From Spirogloea muscicola (Eukaryota), in the NCBI GenBank assembly GCA_009602725.1, contig WELB01000005.1, forward strand, positions 705,109 through 769,108: a stretch of DNA of 64,000 bases. The letters are read 5' to 3'. The translations under genes were made by a program, and so were the position numbers. Every line of letters starts with the position of its first letter. Positions within the stretch are counted from its first letter, which is position 1. Of this stretch, positions 13,201 to 26,689 are shown piece by piece. The notes beneath the pieces were generated by a model. That model was not told the origin of the DNA and did not search any database. It saw nothing but the letters and a program-made list of their open reading frames with translations.

Positions 13201-16200
13201 ACACTCGTCAAAGAAAAGAACGGCATCGTTCATCTCAGCCTCCCTAAATAATCCTCGCAAATTGCTGCTCTGATCCTCGTCCCTACTACGCAGACCAGCA
13301 CCAGGAGAGTAGAGCGACTGGAAGTCCACAAGGAGTACCCGCTTGCCTGCAGTCATAGGCACCACCAGGAGACAAGCTGAGCCCGGCACTACTCTTTGGA
13401 GTAACGAGGCAAGTAACAAAATTATTGCAATGGCAGCTGCTAATTTTGTCAAGCGGAATGTCTGAAAAACGACAAACAAGAAAGTCGACAAACAAGACAG
13501 CATGGACACAGAAAGCATGGAAAGGGCTGCTGTGGTAAGTGCAATGCTTGATACAGCAGTGCAGACACACCTAGGTGATGTGCCACAGCATTGACAGTCA
13601 TCGTCTTTCCAGTGCCAGAGGCCCCACTGAGAAGTACCACCAGGCCAGCCCCAGAAGTGGTGTCATCCATGCCAGCAGTCTTCCTATATGTCCTGAATTT
13701 GCCAAAATTTTCTACACTCCTCACAAGCAGCTCCTTCTGCTCCTCTGGAAGGACCACCTGCTCCATGCCAACCTGCAAAGGTCGAGGAGGTCTAGTCAAC
13801 CCGATGCAACAAACAGATTGCTTGACTTGTACACTGCCTCTGGCATGCAATATTCATTGGATGGACTTTGCTGACACACAAGGTGTGCTCAACTGTTTGC
13901 CTGTCAAAGTGGTACTTCAAACAATCAACAGTAACTATGATGAGTTCGCGAAAGCAGAGAGCGACCCCAACATGTCAAATTGCACAGACCCCACCAACTT
14001 GTACGATTTGCCAGTTCAAGCACCAGCAGTTCTGGCCTCCAGAGCAAGTACCACAGGGATTGGGTCATTGCAGACATGAAAGAGACATGCTCGCACATCA
14101 GAAGCTTGAGCACATGACAGGCTTGTCTCAGCAGAAGCTGACACACTCTTACCTTTGGGGTATACAGGTGGGAGCCTTCAATAAGCTCTGTGATCTCCGT
14201 GTCGAGGCCAGCAATCCAATCCAGGAGCCTCCTGTCCAACTCTAGCTGCTGCTCCATCAGATCTCCGCTTCCCCTCGCATACAAAGAGCTCTTCACCTTG
14301 ACCAACCCCTTGGCCACCAACTTTGACGACTTGTAGAAGTACTTGCGAGCAAGCACCTGCCAGCTCAGGCATTTTCAGTGGGTAGATTTGCAATAAGTTC
14401 ACACTGGCAAACAATCAAGTAGATGGCAAACAAACAAGTAGATCACAATGCAGCTACCAGCCTCACCTGCTCCTTGAACGACTCAAACTGCACTGTCAAG
14501 ACGTCCTTGACCTACACCATGAAAGAGCAAAGTTAGCTTGACATAGCCAGGATCAAGATGACATGTCAAGGATCGAGATAGGGTTCCCCCTCAAGGAACT
14601 GACACCCATGTACCTCAGGTCTTTCTTGTAGCATCTGTGAAACAGTCATACTATCACAGATGCCTCAGCTAGTATGTCACTTGTTTACTGATCGATTTCC
14701 GTCCTTTATATCTGGAAGCGAGTCTGGAATAAGTTCACCAGCATTGCTTATTGGGAACGTAACCACCTGTGGGTAGAAGTTGCACCCATGCAATGGCTGG
14801 TGTGATCTCTGTATAAGCTCAGGTTTAAAAGGTACAAAAGGAGAAGAGAAACTCGGTAAAAATATTGTCTGATACCTGCACACCGTCTGCAGCTCGCCTA
14901 TAGGAGCCCTCGCCATCCACTTCAAAGGCACCTTTCACCAAGGGTGAGATAGCCAACCCTGTGCCCTGCCTGGCTTGTCAGCTACCCAGCACACAGGAAG
15001 AATCATAACAAATATGCCAACATTCATCAGTCACTGGAGCCTTGTAGACCAATCGAATTGATGTTGTGACCTGTTGAACCACTTCCTCAGCACTTTCTGA
15101 CAGCCCCTTTCACTCAAAACCTCATCCAACTCATTATTGGAGGAGCTCACCAACAAGCATCAGGACGACAAACTTCTCAAAGTCATCCAGTCCCAGCTTT
15201 CTTGCAAGTGCCTGCAAGTACAGCTTGTCATATGTCAGGCTGTTAATAAGCCTTGCAAGGTTAGAGGCTTGCAGAAACACTAACGCTCGCACATTTAACA
15301 TTATATAGCAAGCTGCGAATGAGAGGTGGACTTTTGGTTAGATTTGACAACAGAGGCAACGTAACAGGTTGCTAATGGCTCAAAGACATCTTACATAGAT
15401 TCTGCTGCGAGGAGAAGCCAAGCGCTTATCTACACGAATGACAGAGTGCTGCGACACTGCTTGGGCTTGTACTCGTCTTAGAGGCATGGTCAGAGATCCA
15501 GGCTGAACCTCTAGACGAGGCAGTTGGTACGATGCCACAGCAAGTTCTGTGGTCCGCAAGCGTTCCTGAAGCCGCGACTGGGCAAATCTCAGCTTGGCGC
15601 GGAGCTCTCTTATGCTGGAGGTCTGCAAAGAAGGTAGCCAAATCAAGCTGTCAAGCCCTCGTCAGATGAAGCTGCCAGGCTTCTAGAGATGAGAGAAGTA
15701 GCTTGTCTCAAGTGACCAGCGGCTGAGTGTACTCAGCAGTGCTGCATGCATAGCCATGGAATTGAAGGGCGAGTGCAAGCACAAGATGCCCAGGGACGAA
15801 TGGCACAGCTCTTCTGAACAGCGGAGTGACGTGAGAGCGAGTCAATAGACTGCTCTACATTTTAGAGGAACATGCCTTGGATGGGCGGTCGAACCAGGCC
15901 CTCTCATCAGTGCCTGCCTCCTTCATGTCCTCTTTGTGCCGGGCTCTGGCTATCCGCAGCATCAGCGACAGGACCTGCACCTCTAGGCTGCACTTTAAGT
16001 ATTCCTCATGGTGGTCGAAGTCCATCCGACCACCAAGTAGCACGAAGGGCAGGATGTTGACCAATCTCTCATGAGCCTCTGCTTATTGCACTGCTTGAGA
16101 CTTCATCTTTCCTTGCAAATGACGGCCTCGTCTACCTGGAAAGCATCATCAAGATACTCGAGGCTGGACTTGTACAATCCAAGCTGCTCATCACCATCCA

Positions 16201-18724
16201 AGGTCCCATTTGCATCATCATTGCCTTTGGAGCTCTCAGAAGCCAGCGCCGCTGTGTGATTGCCAGCTCCCGCTGCGCTGCTGCGTGGAGTGCCCGGCCC
16301 CGAGTCGCTTGCCTGTGGGGGGCTATGACGCACTGGGCCATGCTTGGCCATCTTAGCACCCACGCTCTGCTCCAGCTGCCGCAGCTGGGAAGCAATGTCC
16401 CCATCAAGCTCCTCCTCATTGTGCTCCTCGTCATCTGCACTCACCTCTGCTGTTTATTAGTGAATGGTGGCAAGTGCTGACAGCAATGAGTAGCCCGTTG
16501 GACAGGTTACTTGAGGGTAATGGTGAGCTCATCTGACCACTTGTCATCAAATCAGGAAGGATGCGGATGGCTGGAGCTGCTGGGCCACCACCAAGCTGTA
16601 CTGCATCCTCAGACTCGAGGCTGAGCCCAGACTCCATCCCCTTTGCCAACGGTGCCCCTGGTTCCTGGCAGAACAGGTTGCACAATTAAACAAGCTGCTC
16701 CAAGAACAGGGTGTTATCCAAAGCCCTGTTTTTCTCACTGATCACGCATTGACCAAAACAGGCAGGAGTTTCCCACCACCTTTAGCAACCTTTGTCATGA
16801 CACAATGTGCATTCCGGTGTGATGCACAGTGGCCCTGACTCCACCTGCAGTGACTCTTTGCACAAGTCATCATGCACAAATACTGGGCTCAGGGCTGGGG
16901 GCTTGCCTGGGAGTTTCCACCGAGCACCGCGAGAAGCTCTGTGTGGGTGAGCTTGAGCCGCTGCTCGCTTGTGATGGACCGCCCGAGCAGCACAGCTACA
17001 GCCTCTCTTGTCATTCTCAGGTTTTTGTCTTCATATTCATCCTGACATAGACCAAGAACCGACAACAGGCTTCAATGCAACCGCATAAGGAATTGAGTAC
17101 GAGCAAGGTGTGGCACGCAATTTTGAGACAGACTTGAGCTTGATTCGAATGTTGACTGCCATTGATTTGCCTGAGAGAGCCTGACAGCAATGGTGGCTGC
17201 AAGGAGTAGACCAAAAATGCTATGAAAGCCTTCTGCGAGCCAGATAGGCAGTCTCCTCAAGTCATGTGAGCTGAGTGACTTTCTCTGTAGGGTTCTGGAT
17301 GGTAAGTGAACTTTGAGAGTATGACCTAGGAACCTGTCAATCTCCAGAAGCATAAGCGCCAAGCATGCTTGCAGAACACTAAAAAGCAGGCTGATGCAGG
17401 GCCACTTTTCCAAGCACTTGAGAGATCCCGCCTACACCCTTGGGTGAAGGACCTTGTGGGCTTTGAGGTGTGACTCCCAGATGGGTGAAAAGGGCACGTC
17501 CATGGAAAATCCATGGTTCGTCACCGTGACAGAGGGAACTGACACAGCCAGAAAGGGAGCCTGCAACTGCTGGAGCAGGAAAGGGGCATGGTGCGAGGGA
17601 GATTTGCTGTTCAGAGAGCAATGCTCAGGTCCTGTTTGTGAAGTGGAATCCTGGGCTTCAAGTGTAGATACGCCTACCCCCTGCTCGACAATGATGCCAT
17701 CCACCATGTGCAGCCGCTTCTCAGTGACAAAGTCCTCTAAGTCCAGGGTGCTCATGCTGCACAGCTCCAGGTGCAATTCCTTGTCATCATACTTGCCTCC
17801 TGCAGTGCATGCACGGGCGCAAGGGAACGAGGCGATGCTAAGAATGCAGGTCACTGAGGCTTCTGGAGGAGCGGATGACCTCCTCAGCAGACCTCGCACT
17901 GGTCCGGAGGACGTGCAAAGAGCTTGATTGCCATGGCTATCAGAGGACCGAAGCAGCTCAGGGAAGACCGTATGCATGTCGACGAGGTGACTAGCGGCCG
18001 CAGTGCCTGAGAGTATTGAGTGCATGTGCACATACCAAAGGCACTTCGCAGGCACTGCGAGACAGTGGCGCCGCGGACAAACAGGAGCTGGAAGAGGTCG
18101 GCCTCGCGCGGCGTGAGTCGGTAGCGGTCGACGACGCGGAGAACGAGCGGCAGGCTGCCCGGGGGCGTGTCCGCCAGCCGCGCCTGCGCCCGAGACTCCA
18201 CCTCGACCAGCAGATTGTCCAAGTGCCGAAAGGCGTTCAGCCTGCGACGTACATGCATGAGCACCTCGGCAGCGTCAGCAGGGTGAGCCGTTTGGCAAGC
18301 ACACACCAGCCTGAGCTCCGAGCCCGAGCCCGGGCTCGAGATGGAGTCTGAGTCGCCAGGCCGACATACCAGTCTGGCTGCAGCTGCCTCCCGGCTGTGA
18401 GAGTCCTACATAGCGAAGCTCGGAGGGGGAGCGGGCTGGAGGGGACCGGACGAAGGAAGGAAGGAGGGGCTCGGGGAGGACTGGCCTGGCAGCGGGAGAA
18501 GCGGCTGCGTCGTCGGCCGCGGGGCCCGCAGCGACGGCGCGGCGCAGCGCGCGAAGGGCCTCGGCGCAGAGCGCGCGCAGTGCCAGCCGCAGCTCCAGGT
18601 GCGCCAGCCACGCGGCGTCGGAGAAGGGGCCGGCAGGCGCCGCGCCGTCGAGCTCGGGTGCGAAGTCCGCCAGGAGAGCCAGCAGCTCGGGGCTCCGCGC
18701 CGACTGGGGCGCCGCGGCGGCCAT
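10246..18724 (-). CDS. Large multi-exon protein with two tandem AAA+ ATPase modules and a duplicated N-terminal helical region
   Basis: AAA1: Walker A GASGTGKT (about 13600), Walker B LFFDECE (about 13205), IIMLATNRPLDLDEAMHRRI (about 12960), FRPPDHIQRRKIW, ELTGGYIKNA. AAA2: GAHGTGKS (about 11755), VLVLDDFQ (about 11390), LHELERFPGLCILIAN, RLDSELVRRL, FKQPDAAVRARMW. Stop TAG at 10246-10248; start ATG at 18724 inferred. Confidence 0.88.
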
Positions 18725-18800
18725 GGCGGGCGCCCGGACCACGGGCAGCACCGGCACTACTCCAGCCCCTTCCAACGCTGCAGGGAGCAACTGCTTCTCC

Positions 18801-18827
18801 CAATCAAATCAATCAATCAATCAATCC
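18801..18827. repeat. (AATC)n microsatellite in the GC-rich region upstream of the AAA gene
   Basis: caatcaaatcaatcaatcaatcaatcc read directly. Confidence 0.85.
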
Positions 18828-19020
18828 AGCTAATTCCTTTTGGGCTGGAAGAGCTGTTGCTTTGCTGGACGGCGGACCTCCGAGCAGCCGTGGAGGGGCC
18901 AGTCAGGGTGACGGCCCGCGCGGTGACGCTGCGGCTGACGTCGCGGGGGTCCTCCCCGGCCGGCGCCGCCCGACCACGGCTTCGCCCGGGCGCCGGCTGG
19001 CCAGCCTCCGGCCGGCGNCC

Positions 19021-20172
19021 ATGGCGGCAGTGGGCCGCGCGGTGCTCTGCGCGAGAGCTTGGCGCGCACGCTCAGGTGCCTCGAGGCCGCGCTGCAATGC
19101 CCGGCGCCCGCCGCAACGCGGCGTCCCCCGCCTCGTCGAGCTCGCCCTCCGCACCTCCACCCGTGCCGCCGTTGTTCGCGACGCTCTTGTGCTCGTTCGG
19201 TGCGGCGAGGAGACGCAGCGCAGAGCCGGCCCCGAGTCCGTTGCATCCGGTGCTCGGTCGCCTGTCTCAAGCGCCCGAGACTCTGACAGTGTGCTTTCAC
19301 AACCTGTCTTGCTTGGTCAAACGGCCTGAGCTCGGCAGCAAGCTCTTCTGGCCAGCGAAAACGAACACATAGGACAAGGACCGACGGCGCTGCTGGTGCT
19401 CTCGGCACCGTCCGCGGGGGAAGGCGGCCGACTTTGACATGGCAGAAAAGCTGACGCGCGAGCTCCTGTGGCTGGTCGAGAAGATCATCAAGAGGAGCCT
19501 GGGGATACGGCCGCTTCCTGGAGCCTGACCCGTCCAAGCTCTGCGCGCCAGTTGGCCAGGTCTGGCACAGACGACCAGCGACCTCCATGCCTATGCCCTT
19601 GCAAGTACACAAATGGTGCATGCTTATAGTCTGGGAGCCAGGAATCCAGGCACAGTTCACTACCAGTGCAGCCCGTGAGCATGGGTTGCATGCGTCCAGC
19701 CTCAGTCCTGTGCCAAGCTATTAATTGCAGCCACATCACTGTCCCTCCCAAGGCAAGCAGAGCCCTCCAGTGGAGCTGCATTTGAGCTTGTGCTCCTCGG
19801 TGATCCTTGCCCCTAGACCCACAAGCTTTGAGTACCTGGCAAGGGCAGCAGTAGCTGGCAACGTGCGTACTAGGTGTTCCTAAGAAGGCGCGACTCTCTC
19901 CTAGAAGAGATCGCACTGCATTGGGCCTTGTTGCTGCAGGCGGGTGTCATTCGACCTCCTGCACACCTCGATGCCGCTCCTGTGCTGGCCCTGCTTGTCC
20001 CCGAGGTTCCCTCAATCCCAGGGGGATTCTCGCTCGAGGATTGTCGCACAAATGGGCCTCTTTACACAAGTACTGTGCACCTGACCTGAGGCAACCCATG
20101 ATTCCATGGCTTGGTTACATTCTGAGAAGATGCAGTGCACCACCTCTCCTAGGCTCCTTGCAGGCTTGGTAG
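19021..20172 (+). pseudogene. Possible small 3-exon gene or pseudogene of unknown function
   Basis: ATG at 19021 in a GC-rich island, with plausible exons 19021-19075, 19373-19559 and 19940 onward. A protein-like read (TALLVLSAPSAG-KAADFDMAEKLTRELLWLVEKIIKRSL-GYGRFLEPDPSKLCAPVGQ) needs one G removed from each of two G-runs. No family recognised. Confidence 0.3.
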
Positions 20173-20697
20173 ACTCGAATTCCATTACTATAGATGTAGC
20201 TTGCATGGTCGCCTCATTGCAGTGAAAAGCAATACAGGCAGATACATCCTACAAGCACGACTCAAGCTATAGACCACTGAAGCAGAAACGTGACAGCAGC
20301 TTCTGTCATTTCTATGTCCAAGCGGCTGTTTTGTTTCTTTTTTACAGCTCATCGAGAGGGTAACTGTCCGGTGGCCGACGATCCTGTGAGAAATATACAA
20401 CGTAAGAAGGTCCAAATAAATTGTGAACGGGTGAGGGTCACTGATCTCCTCCAAGCGAGGTTCGAAGCCGGAAGTCGAAGTTGGTCAGTGGCCTGGAAGC
20501 TGCTCAAGGTGCTCGCCTTTGCACAGGGGCTGGTAGCGTCGGGTGAAGGACACCATGACCTGGCAACCAAGCCCACCACGGGCTGTCATATTTCGTTAAA
20601 GGCCGGGCAGCGGCACGACGCTGACCGTTTGAAAGCTGGCAAGGAAGCGCCGTGGGCAAAAGTGACGTGGCACAGTCGCTTGTGCAGAGGCCAAAGG

Positions 20698-23600
20698 TCA
20701 GACCATGATATGCAGCAGGACGATGTAGACGAGTATCAGGAAGGATCTCCGGGAGACGCGGCCAACTGGAGCAGCATCGGAGGCACTTCCCGCACCCACG
20801 ATGCGGTCGCGCCTCAACCATTCCTTCCTGAGCCTGCGCACTCTTGTGTCTGTGGCTGTGGCAGGAGCCTTGCCAGCCTGGCCAGTCGCAGTTGCGCATT
20901 GAGTGCCCAGCGTGAGACTGAGTGCCCAGCGTGAGAGCTTTCCTTGACTGCGAAGGAACAACACTCTGTACGAGCCGAACTTGCATGATCATGTCCAGAC
21001 TAGGAAGAGATGCCCAGAGGCACACAGCTCCCTCAAGTGCACTAGCACTGCTCGGTAACATGCACGGCAGCAAGCAGGCAGGCCTGAAAGCCAGAGCCTC
21101 AGACAAACGCCAAGTCGGCCAGTGCAACGTGACAGGGGCAGGCCTTGCTCACCTCAACATCCTGGTTGCCTGCCAGAAGCTGTGTGGACTCCAGGCCCAG
21201 CCCCTCCAGCGGGCTGCTCTGATGCAGAAGCTGCGGCTTGCCACCAGCCTCGTCAACAGTCTCCAGGCTGAGCGGCCCAGCTGCAGGGGTCGGTGGGACT
21301 GCTGTTGCCCCTCCCTTGGTGCCAGATGTGGAGCTCTGGCTCGCCACGAGCTGTGCCTCTAGCTCAGCAACACGGCACCGCAGCTCTGCAGAATGTGGTG
21401 CAACCTGCGCATCCCCTCTCAGTCCTTCTCCATATGCGACCTGCAAGCTTCCAGGATTGCGCTTCAGCAATTTCAACTTTTGCAACAGAGCCACCTGCCA
21501 AGGCTGCTGCCAGGTACCAATGTCACTGCGTGACACTTGTGTGGGCCCAGCAATGAGCAGATAACAGACCGGTCAAAGGCTGTGCACCCTACCTTGGAGG
21601 GCTGTCCTCGTTTGAAGCCAGCCACCAGCTCAGCATGCTGCCTTCTCAAGTCCTCCCCTTCCATTGACAATTCCAGCAACTTCCTTTCCAGACCTAAGAC
21701 CTGCGAGTGCAAAGGCAGGACATCAGCACTGTCTATCTGATGCCAACATGGAGGCCATCTGCGCCACTGTAGCAAGTGTGCCAGGCCAGGTGTACTCATA
21801 CACATCCCCGTCTCTCTGTACCTTGTCCTTGAGCACTTCCAAGGATGCCTCGGCCTCCCTTGCATGCTGCTCCTCGGCTGCTCGAGCCTCCATCTCCCTG
21901 CTGAGCTGCTTCTGATAGTCCTGGCTCTCCTCATCATGCAGTAGGCGCAGCTGCAAGAACAGGGCTTGTGCACCCTCCAGCTCGGCTTCCTGGTGCTGGA
22001 CCTTTGCCTGAAACAGTTGCTAGCGGACATGGGCGGAGCTGAGAACCTCCAATCTGTTGCTGCTTAGTATGACAATGTCTTGCAGGGGCATGCATCACAG
22101 GCTCATTATGACATCACCTCAGAACACACCTCAAGCTCAGCCGCCCTAGCAGCTTGGACACTAGACTCGGCCTCCAAGTCAGCAATCCGTTTGACAGCTG
22201 TGTCCCTCTCTTGCTCCAGATCCTGGGGCAGTCTGATAGCTGTCAGCCACATCACATAGCTTCATTACTGAACATTATTGCAATGTTGCATAATCTGCCA
22301 CCAGCAGAGGCAGGTGCATGACCGATTGGAGAGGGAATGCAGGAATCGCAGTGAAGGCGGACCGCTTGGATCTTGGCAACGGCAGTCTTCACAGCTGCAT
22401 TGAAGGTGCGAGCCCTGCGCTCCGTCTGCTCCTGCAGCTGCTGCATGGCTCCCTCCACCTGTTGCGAGGAGGCAAGTTCCAGGACACCGAACATTTAATT
22501 GGCAGTCAGAAGCTCAAATCTCATGTTTTGGATCAGCCAACGAACTTTCACATGGCAGGGATATGGCATCGCCGTGAGCTACCTCCGCTTGTGAAGCTTT
22601 TGCTTGAGCTGCTGAAGCCTCAAAGGCGTACATCTGCTGCCGCATTTGCACCAGCTCCGCCTCTGTCTGCTCACGCAGCTGAGCTGCAACTTGCGCCCTC
22701 TGCTCCCTGTCCTCGGCCTTGGCTTGCCATGAAGCCACCTCTGCTGCTGCAACCTGCCAGACCAAGTGCCTACCAGAGATGTTACATTGGTCATAAAGGC
22801 GGGTCCGCGAGGCTGGCAAGCTTTTTGTATAATGTGAAGGGCAGGTGAATAGTCAACAAACAGCTAGGCCTGATTGTCATGCACAAGGTTGAGGCACAGC
22901 GGCGATAGTACCTGGGCGGAGGCTGAGACAGCCTTGAGGGCCTCCTCCAGCTGCTGGCGCTCATCCTCGCCAACGGCATGGTGCTTGACCGCCTCCCGTA
23001 GTGACCGCAACTCGGACGAGATTGACGCCAGCTGCACCTCCTTGTCTGCCGCCTCCCGCCTGTTTGCCTCCACCTGCATTACCAATGTAGCACTCGCTCT
23101 TCACATCCTGCCATCAGGCGAGTGCACATGCAGAAGAGCGTGAGCTTGGAGCAGGACGAGGTCCTGGACTTCAGGGAAACCCACCTCGGCCTCAGCAAGG
23201 GCCAGCTTCTGCTGCCTCTGCTGGAGCTCCTTCTCCAGGGACTCCCGGTTGACCGCACTGGTCCTCAAGAGAGCCCTCACCTCCACCACCGTCATCGCCA
23301 TGCTCTCGTTCTCCTCCCGCAGCTCCAACACCTCTTGCTGCCGCTCCTGCGCACCACAAGTGAGTTGGGCTGCTGTGTCAGCTCACTTTTATCACTTCCA
23401 ACCGCTCCTCCATAGATCGAAGTGCAGCTTGGTAATGGTCTCGGCGGGACGGGGCAGTAAGCAGGGTGATCAAGCAATCAAGCAGCTGCACTGCATGCTT
23501 AAGAAGGGTGTCGCAAGTGACACAGCTCACCAACTCACTCACCTGGAGCTCCTCGCTGAGGCCCGCCACCCGCTTCTCTAGAGCAGCAGCCATGGCCTTG

Positions 23601-24714
23601 ACCCGCTGCTCTAGAACCTGCACAGGTACAGCCATGGCAGCCATACTGTGAAGCCCGCTGCTCACTCTTGCCAGTGCAGCCCATGTGCCGCCCTGCTCTG
23701 AAGCCTGCAGTGTCAAACGCCGTGGCACATTGCAGAGACATGTACAGCTCGGGTTTTCAGCTTAAGACCTCTCTCTCCTTCCTAGCATTGGTTGCAACCG
23801 ACTCCTGCAAAACTGCGGTGGCCTCGGCAGCCTCTGCTCGGCTGAGTAGCTCCTGCTTTGCCTTGTCGGCGTCCACGTTCCGCAATTGCAGCACACTTAG
23901 CTCAGCCTGCAGCTGCTCCACCTGGACATGGTCCCAAGTACGAACCAGAATGGGAGCAGCTCAGGTCAGGCTGTCGCAGCACGAGACAGAGGCCAGGTGG
24001 ACACCTGAGCAAGTGGCCTATGATGCTGGCCAGCAGCGGAAGACCTCGGCTTGTAACTTCGAATTTCGGCTGGCATGCTCCTCCGCCATGGCCACCAAGT
24101 GCTTGCGCTCCTTGGCGGCCATCGCCAGCGACCGCCGAAGCTCCTCGCGCAGCGCCTCGAGCGTGGCTATGTGGCGGCCTTCATGATCCTCGATGGTGAT
24201 CGAGGTGCCATCTGCTTCGAGGCTAGCTGTGGTCTCCTGTCCAATGTGTGCCTCCTCGGCAGCAGACGTGTCGGGCGGGTCCTCGTCCTCCAAGAGCGGC
24301 GTGACGTCCACTGCCACACTGAGCCAGGCAAGGGGAGCCGCAGGCATTGCGGGACTGGCAGATGGTGAGGCGTCTGAAGTGGCCGTCGGCTGGAGGCTGC
24401 CCGTGTTGGGCGGGTCCTCGTTTTTCAAGAGCGGCGTGACGTCCACGGCCGCACTGAGCCCGGCAAGGGGAACCGCCGGCGTTGCAGGACTGGCAGACGG
24501 TGGAGCTTCTGGAGTGACCAGCGGTGTGGCGGGCAGGCCAGCCGGCGCCTCCACGGCCCCGGCGGTGGAGGGAGGAGGGAGAGAGGGAGGGGCGTCATTC
24601 TCCTCGGCCTGGCGCGCGGCACCGCCGCCCGCAGGCAGCGTCCCGGCGGGGGCCTCGAGGGCAGCGGCGCTGCCGGCCTGGTGGGCGTCGGCGGCGGCGG
24701 CGGCGGAGGGCGGG
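20698..24714 (-). CDS. Golgin-like long coiled-coil protein with C-terminal transmembrane anchor; 5' end lost in an assembly gap
   Basis: Many E/Q/R/L/A heptad-rich exons (HIATLEALREELRRSLAMAAKERKHL, VLELREENESMAMTVVEVRALL, VLGLERKLLELSMEGEDL). Last exon ends RRSFLILVYIVLLHIMV, resembling the Tyr/His-containing anchor of golgin-84/CASP-type proteins. Confidence 0.65.
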
Positions 24715-26019
<1,305 letters not shown>

Positions 26020-26685
26020 TCCCCTGGCCAGAGCCAGAGGCAGCAGCGAGGGCTCTGCCTGCACGCAGGTGCAGCGCGCGGGCCATAGACCTCTGCAGCG
26101 AGACGGCCAAGCGCATGCGGGACACCTGCGCTAGCGACCCTGCTGCATGGGAGTCCACCGGCTCCCCATGGAAGCGGCGGGCAATGGCGTGACGAGAGAG
26201 CTGGTTGAGCAGCTCGAGCCACCGAGCGCCCAGCGCCCCGTGCGTATCGATGGCGAGCGGGAAGAACTCGTCTTCCCACCGGTGATCTGCGTATTTTAGC
26301 TCTTTGGCCCGAGCTGCGCAGGCTACCGTATACCCAGCTTTGGTGGCACACTGGGTTGGATGTGAGCGGTCATAGGAGTCGGTGGTTACCACGTCCAGGA
26401 GAAGACGTGGCCCGCCTGCCAGTGGGGTGGCCATAAGGTCCACGCGACGAGCGTGGAGACCGTCGGCCCGTTGCTGGAGCGGCATGACGGCAGAGTTCTC
26501 GGCTGCCACCGGGAAGCCAGCCTCCACAAGGATGCCATGCATCGCATCCCGGAGATGGTCATGGGCCGCTGTCCGCTCTCCGCCGTGGGAACAGCGCAGA
26601 ACATGAGCGGCCAGCTCCCCATGCTCGGCCCCTCGCTCACCACACTCACACTGTTGCACACCCTGGAGACATGGCGGCGGCAAGC
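26020..26685 (-). mobile_element. CRE-like retrotransposon fragment with uninterrupted zinc-knuckle plus restriction-like endonuclease coding region
   Basis: CECG..HVLRC knuckle, RTAAHDHLRD, RRVDL..LLLDVVTTD, RAKELKY, FFPLAIDTHG, RMRLAVSLQRSMA: the motif order of R2/CRE-group RLE domains. Confidence 0.88.
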
Positions 26686-26689
26686 CCAG

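Noticed and set aside
19433..19530. In-frame TGA as selenocysteine
   Set aside because: No CxxU/UxxC motif, no recognisable selenoprotein family and no SECIS seen.
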